Shown here in pieces: positions 52,533 to 64,000 of a stretch of DNA of 64,000 nt (the stretch's first letter is position 1; each line of letters begins with the position of its first letter). The notes below the pieces were generated by a model. That model searched no databases, was not told where the DNA came from, and worked only from the letters and a program-made list of their open reading frames with translations. Location: the NCBI RefSeq assembly GCF_009914755.1, contig NC_060930.1; one strand, written 5' to 3'. The DNA is from the human T2T-CHM13v2.0 reference genome, Homo sapiens. Both the position numbers and the translations under genes were made by a program.

Positions 52533-52722
52533 AAGACTTGGCAAACAATGGGCCTGTTTTTGTGAATAGTTTTAGTGGACACAGCCATACTATTTTTGCG
52601 TTGGTGTCACCTGTGGCTGTGGCTGCGCTACAGTGGCAGAGTGGTATACTTGCAACAGGGCCATATGGTCTGCAAAGTGTAAAATATTTACTCTTGGGCC
52701 CTTTACAAAAAAGTTTGCTATT
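52533..52722. mobile_element. MER58A (hAT-Charlie)
   Basis: ttggcaaac...cctgtttttgt...cacagccat...aaaatatttactcttgggccctttacaaaaaagtttgc. Confidence 0.8.
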
Positions 52723-52807
52723 AGTTTAGAAAATCTAATGATAGAAGAAACTTAAAAATATTAGAAATGGATTGGTCTTCACCTTATTCTCTCCTGCACA
52801 AAATAAG

Positions 52808-53015
52808 GCCAGGTGTGGTAGTGCACACCTGTAGTCCCTGCTACTTGGGAGGCTGAGGTGGGAGGATAACTTGAGCCTAGGAATTTAGGCTGTGATCACA
52901 CTGTGACCACACCACTGCACTCCAGCCTGAGTGACAAGACCCCGTCACCCTATCTCAAAAAAACCAACCAAACAAACAAAAAAACACACAAAAAAACACC
53001 ACACACACACACACA
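52808..53015 (+). mobile_element. Free Alu monomer (FAM/FRAM-like) with an A/C-rich tail decaying to (CA)n
   Basis: ggccaggtgtggtagtgcacacctgtagtccc...ccactgcactccagcctg; single monomer only. Confidence 0.8.
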
Positions 53016-53184
53016 TTAGGTTTTTTTTTTTTAATTTAACTTACCATTATAAGAATTTTCAAACATATACAAAAGTAGGATAGGTAATATATGAAAGTTA
53101 CATCAATTCTTCACCTCTTCCCCTTGTTCTCCCACAAAAATTAGTCAAACAGGGATAAAAATAGATAGTCAGATCATCATCATG

Positions 53185-53370
53185 GCTAATCTTTGAGCAC
53201 TTAGCTGTGTCCTTGGCACTATAGTAAGTGCTTTTTGATGAACTCTCAATATCCTCGTCACTGCTCCATTTTACGGATGAGGAATATGAGGCACAGAGAT
53301 ACTGAGTTTGCCAAGTCACGCAGCTGGTGTGTCTGTGTAGCCGCCAGATGTTCTGACTCCACCAACTGTC
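53185..53370 (-). mobile_element. MIR fragment
   Basis: ccattttacggatgaggaatatgaggcacagaga...ttgccaagtcacgcagct. Confidence 0.65.
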
Positions 53371-53987
53371 GTGGTAACTGTTTCTATTGACCTCTCCCCC
53401 ATGGACATGTATATTGTAAAGTAGGATGCACAGCTCATCCTAATAATTTATCAATGTGCAGATGGTTTGGGTAGAATGAGCAAAAAGGTAGAATCCTGTG
53501 TGTCCAAACTTCTTCCACTTGTGGTTCTTTCCCATGTTCCGTCACATATTTTTTTTCATTTCCCGAGTGGCCAGCTTGGACAGTCCCTGGTCTTCATAGC
53601 CCATTGGTCCCTTGAGAAAACCAGTGAACTGTTTCCAAAGAGAAGCCACAAAGAAAGTGGTGTACTGGCTTTACCTCAAGGAACTAAGCCTTGAAACAAA
53701 CCCCTTAGGACTTCCTAATTCTACTCAAACTTTTTCCCAAACCAAAGTTTATGATGGGGAACACAAAAAATTTCTTGGTCCATACACAATGTTTTCATGT
53801 AGAAGGAGTGGAGAGAATGGAGGCAAAGAAAATAGAAAAAATTTTTAATAGAAAGCAAAGCAAATAAGTACTCAAAAGGAGCCTTGCTCCTAACATTGTC
53901 ATCAGCTGGGTGTGTCTCTACTCTGCAATAAAGAAATAGTTCTTATAGAATGAATCTAGTTTGTAGAGTAACCTAGTTTGTAGAGGA

Positions 53988-54297
53988 CAGTAGGCCCCTC
54001 TTATCCAAGGTTTTGCTTTTTACAGTCTCAGTTATTCATGGTGCAGATATTTTGAGAGAGAGAAAAAGAGAGAGAGACCACATTCAGATAACTTTTATTA
54101 TAGTATATTGTTATAATTATTCTATTATTGGGTTTTAGTGTTAATCCCTTACTGTGCCTAATTTATACATTAAGCTTTATTATAGGTGTGTGTGTGTAGG
54201 AAAAAACACAGCTTATGTAGGGTTCAGTACTATCCCGGTTTCAGGCATCCACTGGAGGTCTTGGATTGTATCCCATGTGGATAAAGGGGGACCACTC
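53988..54297. mobile_element. MER44A/Tigger7-like MITE
   Basis: TIR-like ends cagtaggcccctcttatcc ... ggataaagggggaccact; internal gagagaccacattca and tttcaggcatccactgg. Confidence 0.8.
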
Positions 54298-54703
54298 CCC
54301 AGTTTCTAATGCTGAATATAAAACTAGCTGAATTCCCAATATTCTGTTGCAAGAAGTTTTATTTTGTTTATTTACTAAATGTGTTATTTCATAGCACTTA
54401 GTATATCAAGAATTATGTTAATAAACCTATGTTTTTATAGAGCTTGGGAATTCAGCAGGCATTTTCAAATACACCATCTCATTTCCTCTCCGCCACAGCT
54501 CTGACAGATGGTGAAGGTGGATAGTGTTATCTTCACATGTCTTATCACATCCCTGCTTATTTTGGTTAAGCAAGTAGGCGACTGGAAGTTTAAGACTGAA
54601 GAGAACGTGGCTGTAGATTGTCTTCTACGTGCACAGACACTCACACGCCAACTTAAGAACCACCTTGCTGATAACAGCAAAGGAAGAAGAATGATCCAGT
54701 AGT

Positions 54704-54930
54704 CAAGGGTGTCCAGTCTTTTGGCTTCCCTGGGCCACAGTGGAAGAAGAATTGTCTTGGGACATACACAAAATATGCTGACACTAACAATAGCTGATTA
54801 CTTTTTTTTTTAAAGCAAAACAATCTTGTAATGTTTTAAGAAAGTTTACAAGTTTTTGTTGGGCTGCATTCAAATCCATCCTGGGCTGCATGCTTGTCCA
54901 ATCCTGTGAGCCATGGGTTGGACAAGCTTG
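54704..54930. mobile_element. MER30 (hAT-Charlie)
   Basis: caagggtgtccagtcttttggcttccctgggccac...ggttggacaagcttg. Confidence 0.85.
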
Positions 54931-54990
54931 TGGTAGATTCTTTCAATTAGGGTGAAACAGCCCTGGTTTTTGAATTAAGAGACTAGAATT

Positions 54991-55300
<310 letters not shown>

Positions 55301-55412
55301 CTAGTCCTAGCTATTTAGTCATCTTTTTCGTTTTCAATCTCTTCATTTGTCCAGTGCCCAAAGTCTTTTCTGGTTCTAAAAGACCATGATTCCAAATTAT
55401 TGTTAGTGACCT

Positions 55413-55461
55413 ACATATATGCATGCATGCATGCATGCATACACATACACACATATGTATA
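55413..55461. repeat. Alternating purine-pyrimidine tract including (GCAT)5 at 55421-55440
   Basis: Read directly from the sequence. Confidence 0.9.
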
Positions 55462-55856
55462 GTGACTATTGTACTGGGTTTGACAACAGGTAAAGGCAGT
55501 GTCTTATAAATATTACATATTTTATGAAAACCAAACAGCCTTTGTGTTTAAGTCAGAAGGAACATATGGTTCACATACAGTCTAATTTTCAAATAGCTGT
55601 GCATTGAAATTCTTGATCTACAGGATAGATTCATATTTGTGCAGATATTAACTTTTTATGAGTATTCATTGTTTTTCCCTTTTGTTTGTGGATGTTACTT
55701 CACTGAGCAAAAACACAAAACTAATTTTTGGCCAGAAAAATTCTATGATGCTTTATTTTTTTAAATGACTTATTTTTATATATAGATTTACCAGGCTTTA
55801 TGTTCTTGGAATCCAGTTTGTGGAACAGTTTGATTCACGTGTTTGTGTCTCCTTAG

Positions 55857-55988
55857 ATGACATTCCAGACTCTCCATCTAGCCCGAAAGTTGCCCTTCTT
55901 CCACCTGTCCTGAAAAAAGTTCCTTCAGACAAAGAGAGAGATGGCCAGAGTAGCCCCCAGCCCAGCCCCAGGACATTTTCACAGGAAG
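55857..55988 (+). CDS. CARMIL1: CARMIL1 coding exon, 132 nt, phase 1/1 (DDIPDSPSSPKVALLPPVLKKVPSDKERDGQSSPQPSPRTFSQE)
   Basis: Acceptor gtgtctccttag|AT and donor GAAG|gtaagg; core of ORF 55820-56023. Confidence 0.95.
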
Positions 55989-58183
55989 GTAAGGATTGTA
56001 AGGATTTCTTTTCTCTGGGTTAGCTCTCCCCAAGGAGGGACATTTCAAAATAAAGGAACTCATCCTGGACTTTACTAATATCTTAGAGTTTGTTAAAGTC
56101 AACATTGCTTGGGTTAAATTTTTGGAAATGGAGTAGTTTCTTAGTTCAGAAACTTGATTCAGCATGATTGATGACATTGGATCTTAATGACATATGAAAA
56201 AAGCAGCTGAGACACAAAGGTCTAACTTATTTGCAAGAATGATTTCTAGATGCTTCTGAACTGACTTCCAGCATGTTAGGAGCTCCTTAAACATGATTTT
56301 ATGACGTATTTGGGGCTACCTATAGATTTCTGAGTCCTATTATTTTCAATGAAATCTTTTCCTAGTCGTGGCAAATCAGTACTGCTATAGTTCAGGAGCA
56401 GCACCCCCGGGCCTGAGCCACCTTGCAGCTCACTGTGCTCGCTCAGTCACAAGGTCAGATGTTCCTTACTCTCAGAAGTGTGGTGCAGACATGGACATTC
56501 TCAGGGCGACCCTGCACCAGTTTGCTCCTTCTAATTTGCTGAGGTAGAAGCACAGCAAGCTAATCCTGTGACGAGAATGCTTTCTTCCCAAATCAGACTG
56601 AGCTGTTACCAATTATTATCAAAGGTGAGGCATGGTTGTGGCTTCAGCACCCATGCCATTTCTTTTAAATGTGTGATTGACTTTGGGGTTCTGTCCTATG
56701 TAATGTATAGTGTAAATGCCATCTCTGAGCCCCACCTATAAGGAAATTCTGGAGCCACACAAGTCGTCTACACCCAGAAGGCTCTCGTTGTGGTTTGGAG
56801 TTGCTGTGTTTTATTTTAGATTTTTTTAATGCTTTAGAACCTTTGATCTCTCTGTCTCTGTTCTCTTCCTACATTGGCCTATTTTCTTTTATTGATAATA
56901 GTATTGGGTTGAAGTTAATAGAAAGTGTTACTGAGTACTGTCTTTGTGGCTTGGAAATCTAATAAAAACAATAACACTGCCTGCTTTCTTATCTCCATCC
57001 TACAGATTTATTTGTTGGGTAGAAGCTTCACTCACTTATTTGCTATAAATAAAAGATGGTTGGGTTGAGACCAAAGCTGCTAAACCACTTCTGTCAAATA
57101 GAGAAACTAAAGCTTTTGAAAAGTAGCTGGTATCTATAGTCATTTTACATGAGGTAAATAAATACAGGGTTCAGCATTATAACTGAAGCCTTTGGAAGAC
57201 TTGGTGTAAAAGGAAGGACCTTTGGTGATGCCATCTCAGAGAGACTTGAGCCTGCAGGTATTCTCTGACAGTCCAGTTCTCACCACCAAGTGCGTCTCCC
57301 ATTCCTACCCTAATTTTCCATCCTTTCTGCAACTGCTGACTTTACATCTTTACTTTTAAGGAAGCGTTGAAAATGCCTGAAAGAGTTCAGTTGGAGAGAA
57401 AAAGAAAAGTGAGGAAGGGATGGTAGTGCTAAGTAGGAATGTTCATCTATCTTGTCTGAAGCAATTGAAATATTGAAGGATTTACAAAAATAGAAGAAAA
57501 AAGATCAGAAGGTTGAATACAAAAATCATTGTTTTAACATTTCTGGAAAGTGGTGTTTTCTAGATGCCTATAGATTATCAAAACAAGGCCTAGAGTAACC
57601 CACCAGCCTCACAAGTACAAATATAGATCATGGAGCCTCTCTGGTTAGCAAAGTCGGGGAGATACTGGATACCACTGCAGGCTCTTAGCTGCCGTGAAAA
57701 AGTTGAATGTTCTTTCCCCTGGAAGTTAGAAATAGAATGTGTTCCTCCTTAAATGTTTCAGAGCTTTAGGGGTATATGTTTGATTCCCTTCCTCATCCTT
57801 CTCCCTCCCCAAGTAGCAAATCTTAGGAATGGCTCACGCTCCCTTCTTTCCAGTCAGACGGTAGGGATGGCTGAGCTGTGGAGACCATGACTTTCCCATC
57901 TGGGATCCAGAATAAGTTAATCATAGACATCATCCTGGTGTTATCACTTGGTATTGAAATTGGACTGAAAATGTACATGAAGTCTGGGAACAGTCTGTAA
58001 ATGTCTGAGGTGGTAAGATTTTGACTTTATCAGCTTGTCCGCTAAGGTTGCCCAGAAATGGCAGCCACTTGTGAGTTCTATCTTTTTCTTTATAAACTGT
58101 CCATATTGTGCTCATTCTGTTTTCTTATCTATTATTCATGCTGATTACTTCATTTCCCTGTTCTTTGCCTCCCTTTGGACTAG

Positions 58184-58208
58184 CATGCCCAACTAATTTC
58201 TGAAACAG
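58184..58208 (+). CDS. CARMIL1: Candidate alternative 25-nt exon giving C-terminus ACPTNF* (stop TGA 58201-58203)
   Basis: Branch-like ctgat (58141) and pyrimidine tract, then gactag|CATGCCCAACTAATTTCTGAAACAG|gtaaat; phase-1 entry matches the upstream exon. Confidence 0.7.
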
Positions 58209-61200
58209 GTAAATTGCTATGATTCTTCTGGATTATTCCATAGTGAATGTGATTTTCATTAATCCATCGTGGAATCAAAATGGTAATACTGGAGCCTTTT
58301 TGTTAATACTTTTTTGGGGCAGACTCGCAGCTCACCTCATTTTGCACGACATTTCCATAATGTTGGCTGTTGAATTCTGTAGATAATGATGCATATCTGC
58401 CCAGGACCAACACTGTAGGTTCCTTGAATCCTAAGTGGGGTGGGTAAGCTGATATTTAATTTTTAATATTTTTAAATATTAATGTCAACACATTGATGTA
58501 TGTGCTAATAATATAAAGGGTAAAATAAATCCCTTTTCCTCAGTAGTGCAAAGAGGAGATTATTACAAAAGACATTCAGATCATGACAGTGGCAAGCCTT
58601 CCAGTAGAGGGAAAAGATCTTCAAAACTGTACTCCACCATTGCAGAAGAGGAAGTGAATGCAATTGGGCACAGGAAGTCACAGCCAACAAATGGTTAGAG
58701 CCTTCGATTATCATCCCTCACTGACCCGAAGCTTATGAACTGGCACTAACAAAAACAAACTGTAATTGAGTGAATTCTATCGTGGGACTGGGTCAGGGAT
58801 TAGTCATACAAGAGAGGTTTTTGGTTTTGTTTTTTTCTAAATCTCAACAGGATGGTCCTTTTATTTGGGGCAAAAAAAATATTGACTTAAAAATCTAAAA
58901 TTAGAAATTCTTATTAGGAAGATCAAGTTACTTTGGTGACTTGTCCTTTTAAATTTTTGTGATCATGCAAGTTTATTTTTATAATTGGGGTTAGGCTTCC
59001 TATTCTCTTCCTTTATATCTTTACTCTCCTGTTAGGTTTCAACTGTGGTTGGATCAGAGATTCTTAGAATGACAGAGTTTATATCCTTAGAGAATATTGG
59101 CCTAATATCTTACACTCTTTCAGGAAAGGATCAATAAAAAGTCACTGACTCAATGCAGACGTTGGATCATGCACATGATCTTTCACCCTTTATCATTTTA
59201 TCACCCTTTAGTAAGAAAGAAAAAGTACCATTTAACTTGTCAACCATCAGGAACAATTTATTCCACTTTTTAGGAGTTGCTCTCTGACTTCTGTCTTTCA
59301 TTTGGCCCTGTAGTAAATTCTGTAATGTTCTGTTCAGGTGAGAACAATCCCAAGAGACAAAAAGAAGACAGATTTCAAATCAGCTCTGCCCTCCAATGGG
59401 AAATTGAAGGACAAGTATTGCTGACTCAGAGAAAAAAATGTCTTTTTTGTGCCTAAAGTACTCATCTCTTCCCTGGTTAATATATTAACTTCTTATAAAC
59501 ATGACTTCAAAAATCCGTTAAAGGAAATCTTAGTATCTGTAAGGAATATAACATATTCTGATATGTGAGATTTCTTTAAAGGACTTCTGCTCTTGGAATG
59601 AGGCTCTTTTCTTCCTGTTAAACCATATCAGGGGTTAATAGATGCATGTATTTAGGCTCCCAGGGATCAGGTGTGGCCCAGCATTCAGGCTGTAACACCA
59701 TGCCCTTCACTGCCTCCCAAGAAAGCATTTCAGAATACAAGTTAATGGGAGTGACCTTATTATAGGGATACCTTCTCTTTATTGCAAAGGGATAAGCCAT
59801 TCTTGAATTTTCACACTTTACTATTGATAATAAACTTCTTATGATACACTTCACAGCTTAACAGCCCAATGAGTTATGATACCTGAAGTGGGAACGGTTC
59901 TCTTTGAGAATTTTCTTTGATATAGGTTTTAAAACAAAAAAACATCTACCAACTGCCTGCCAGGGACAACGTTTGGAGCCTGCCTTCTCAGCCAGTGCCA
60001 TGGGCTCAGCCACATGTGCTCACTTGCCTGGGGTTCCGGCGTATACTAGCTAGGTGGCAGGGTGGGTTAAAGACACCTCTCAGAGCATAAAGCAAAGTCT
60101 ACAGGACAAGTAAGGTTAAAACATTGTTTGGGCTGGGTAGCTCCTGCCCTAGAGAAAGCCAATTAAGTTGACCCTTTACTTTTATAGAGTATCCTATGTA
60201 GTGGATTTGTTTATAGACACATAGTTACAATAACTCCTCTCTACAAGAAAGTTTCTCTCATATGGCCAAGAAAATCTCTATCTTCAGTCCTAGAAAAGTT
60301 ACATAAATGAACACCTAAGACATTTATTTTCTGACAAGTTATTTTTGAGAATTTGTTAGGCCAGAATCTCTGTCTCTATATTGCCCCTTTTGTTAAGCAT
60401 ACCTAAGGTTGCATAGACGTTTCTGGTTTCTGGAGCTTTACATTTGAACTATTGTTTTCATTGACTTATATCACTTGATTATTAACAAAGCATCATTAAT
60501 GCAATGTTCCTTCTTCAAGAGGCCACTAAAAACACTTTATACAACACAAAAAGAGACGCTCCCTGCTACCTGCCGCCCAGTGCCTATTGATCATCCAATG
60601 AGGCTTTGCGTTAGAGTAAAAAGAGGATAAACACAGAGATAACCCAAATTATAGAAAAGCAAGAAGAGATTCTATATCTGTCTCAGATTTGTTCATGACC
60701 TCTTTAGCTTAAAATTCTCATTGTGAGGAGCTGGTCAAATTTTGATGGAACTAAATAGGACCATCTTGTATTTACTTTTCCGCTTTGATTTCTTGAAATA
60801 ATGACAGGCATTAAGAAGTAATTTTTACAGGATCTTCAATTAAAGTGATTTTATGCATAATATTTTAATTTTGTTTTGTTAGTGCCGATTCCTAGCACTT
60901 GACTGTCTTCACCTTTGAGAACTGCATAGCAGTCTGCTTTCTGAATAGTTCCTGGTTAAAAAAATAACATTTAGCAGATCAATTCTATTAAATAATTGCT
61001 TATACTTTCTTTTAAGTCTTTTAAGAGCAGCTTTGTTTACACTAAAACAGCCTTATTTTCCTAAAGTATGTATTCATGAAACAAACAGAGGCTATTGTTC
61101 TCAAATATTGTTCTCAAAGCATGCTGCATATTTTTATCACGAATATTATGTTTTGTGTGGCTACTATATTGATTTGACAGGTAAAATGCTTAATTTCTTT

Positions 61201-62097
61201 TACTAGAAATATTTGTAAGCACATTTTTTTCATTTCATATTATTTCCTCTCTACATTTAATTATAAGTTGTGATGTTCTTGTAAGAGTGTATCCTATTTT
61301 CTTGAAGAAAATAGTTGATTTTGGCTTTGAATGCGTTGTAATGGCTCCTGTTTGTACAGGGCATCTAAGATTCCTTTTATATATCACTTGCCTCTTCCAT
61401 AATCCAAGCTACAGCCAATAAATACTTGGCTGTGACTTGCAGTCTGTAAGCCAGTGCTCTGCTCTACTTTTTCCACCAGACTCAAGTTCTGCTTCCCCTA
61501 AGTGAGTTCTTGAAGATAAATTTAACAGTTGGCATGTTGGGCTCTTGCTAGAAAGTATAAAAAATCAGGGCCAACTACTGAATACTATTTTAAGGTCATC
61601 ATAGTGTTTTTCTCCTGGAAAATATGGATGTCAGTGGAGCTTACAATGGAGAAAATACCAAATTTTCATATGGTTCTCTAATTCTGCATTTATATGCATA
61701 TTTCAGAAGCTTTAAAATTATCACATATATGCAATGTCAAATCATCTTCAAGAATGACAGATATCACGTTCGAGCCTCTCTGTACCAATTATTGCCACTA
61801 TAGACAGGGTCTGTATATACATGGAGTGTTTGTTTTGAATAAATTACCTGTTCATTTACTTATCTTCTATTAACTTTAGTAGTATGTAAAATAGTGATAA
61901 ATATGTAAATAGACACACGCATAGAGATGCTCCAGCACTCTTAACAAATACTTGCATTGAAGAAGTGTTTGTGAAACAATTGGATTTTTTTCATCCTGTA
62001 TAAAAGCAAGCATTAACTCAAGCTGCCTAAGAGGAGGTCTGTCTGAATTTGTAAAAAGTCTAAATCTTATAAATATTTTAAAAATAAATTCTAGCGA

Positions 62098-62435
62098 GGC
62101 ACAGTGGTTCACATTTGTAATCCCAGCACTTTGGGAGGCTGAGTCTGGAGGATCACTTGAGGCCAGGAATTTGAGACCAGCCTGGGCAACAAATGAGACT
62201 CTGTCTATAGAAAAATAAAAATAAAAAATTAGCTGGGTGTGGTGAGGAGGTGCACCTGTAGTGTCTGCTACTCTGGAAGCTGAGACAGGAGGATCACTTG
62301 AGCCCAAGAGTTTGAGGCTACAGTGAGCTATGACTGCGCCACTGAATTCCAGCCTGGACAACAGAGTGAGACTCAGTATCTATAAATGAATAAATGCTTG
62401 CATGCATACATACACGCATACATACATACATACAT
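62098..62435 (+). mobile_element. AluJ-like element with tail decayed to TAAA/CATA repeats
   Basis: Sense Alu body; its antisense strand explains ORF 61876-62361. Confidence 0.88.
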
Positions 62436-63673
62436 TCTGGAGTTTTAAGTTTCAAACAGACGTAATTCTATTTAGACCATCTTTTAATAGAAGCCTGACT
62501 AAACCTACTTCAATATAGTCGTAGTCAACATCTTAATTACATGCAGTCAAATAGATGTTCCCTTAAGGGCTGGAAAACAAACGACAAAGAACGTTCGTCC
62601 TACAAAGTTGTTCACATTAGGGATCTGGACTAATAAGGGTGGAGACGAGAAGAACAAATGCTTTGACCTTCAAACTCATCACATTAATTGCATAACTTTA
62701 GGTCCTTGATCTCGCTATGCCTTAGTTTTCCTGTTCTTGAATGGTGCTTACCTACTATACTAAGAACATGTCAGCCTGGTACTAGTCTCATTATCACATG
62801 CACATTCACAATTGGTAGAGTTTAATCAATGGAGGTGAATATATTTAGAATGAATTTCTAAATAAAGTCGCCACCATAGTGAAATTCTTTGACAGCCCTC
62901 TTGAAATAATATATTATTTTTCCTCCTACAACCCCTGAGTCCTGGAGAATTTGGAAGCCTGGTGTCAGTGACTCAAAAGAATCAACATTTAGGTGGAGAC
63001 TGAAGGACAACCTACTTTTTGCAAGAAGATTTCTATGTTGGATTTCTTTGAATTTTAATCATGCCTGTTGTAATGACCCTGGTCTATAGGGTTATCTCAG
63101 TTTTTTATCTGTGACATAAACATTTTTGGTTTCTTGAATTTCTCCATTTTTAGAAAGTACTCTTATGTCGTATCATACAACATGAGTTAGACCCAAGATT
63201 GCCAGGAAACAAAAATATTGGGAAGAATGAAAAGCTTGATTATCCTTTAAATCTAAGAATTAGAACAAATATATTTGCTCTGAAGACAAATGAGCAGTGT
63301 ATTATATTTGTTTCTTCCCTTGAACTTGTAGTGTATTTTTGAGTAATTTAATATAGAGGAACAACCTATTTTGGTTTTAAAACGATGAAAAATATTTTCT
63401 AGCAGATACCACAAGAAATGCTGTAGTTTGAGGTTGGGTTTATTGTAAAATGTTTTCAGGATGAAGATAATATAAGTCTTCCCTACTTTCTTTTGTTCTT
63501 AGTAATTAAAGGATTCTTTGTCTATTAGTATCAAATTGGTTTTGTGATAAAGAGCAAAATATTTATTGACATTTATTCACCTTTGTTCTCTAAACCTGGC
63601 TTACTGACAGTTGTGAAAGGACCAAACAAGTGCATTTAATTTTTTTACCCAACACAAACTTAAAAATAGAAAT

Positions 63674-63725
63674 TGCACTTCAGTTTGGGTGACAGAGCAA
63701 GACCCTGTTTCTAAAAAGAAAAAAT
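63674..63725 (+). mobile_element. Severely 5'-truncated Alu (last ~40 nt plus tail)
   Basis: tgcacttcagtttgggtgacagagcaagaccctgtttct plus A-rich tail; flanked by aatagaaat (63665-63673, 63726-63734). Confidence 0.7.
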
Positions 63726-64000
63726 AATAGAAATCAATGATAATATTTGTTTGTTGCTTTCTTCCCCCAGTTTGAGAATTTGCCTGAATCTGTTGGACAA
63801 AAAGAAGTCACAATTTAAGAAATTACGTACTTTTATTATCAGATTTGAAAGGTTTTTTTCCTTTCAGAGTTTTGAGTTATTTCAATTTAATGTCATTAAC
63901 TAAAGATTTAAATTTTTATTGTCTAAATACCAGCATCTGGCTCTAATACCAGTATTGGCAGGAGAAGTACTCTATTAGGTTTGCATTTTGACTGTTAGGT

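Noticed and set aside
53956-53985. 13-bp direct repeat ctagtttgtagag x2 beside MER44A
   Set aside because: Ordinary micro-duplication; both copies are on the same side of the element, so it is not a TSD.
61876-62361. 161-aa minus-strand ORF and other Alu-like ORFs (8114, 11450, 15784, 18222, 35438, 44122, 55082)
   Set aside because: Translations of Alu sequence.
63745-63880. Two strong acceptor-like sites near the window end as the last CARMIL1 exon
   Set aside because: Both hit a stop within 1-2 codons and do not encode the expected C-terminal peptide; the true last exon is probably beyond the window.

Overview
Hominoid (human-like) genomic DNA, AT-rich and almost entirely intronic. It covers the 3' part of CARMIL1 (LRRC16A) on the + strand. 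Eight canonical GT-AG coding exons (2494-2643, 26728-26794, 27047-27243, 40220-40332, 46125-46557, 50623-50704, 51867-52079, 55857-55988) splice into one open frame encoding the CPI motif, CSI motif, basic-hydrophobic membrane-binding segment and proline-rich tail. The gene start and canonical last exon lie outside the window. Introns carry about ten Alus, a full-length antisense SVA with TSDs, DNA-transposon relics (MER2, Tigger4, MER5A, MER58A, MER44A, MER30), LTR relics, and L1/L2/MIR fragments; family names are from pattern recognition, not a search. The most interesting signals are candidate splice switches around the capping-protein-binding tail. These are an 18-nt in-frame microexon (TLCCTS) with neural-microexon hallmarks, a 25-nt stop-containing microexon giving a ...ACPTNF* C-terminus, and a ~440-bp inverted duplication with a step in identity that contains another well-formed 18-nt in-frame exon candidate. 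The CPI also sits on a frame-symmetric 264-nt exon pair. I cannot tell whether any of these are already annotated.
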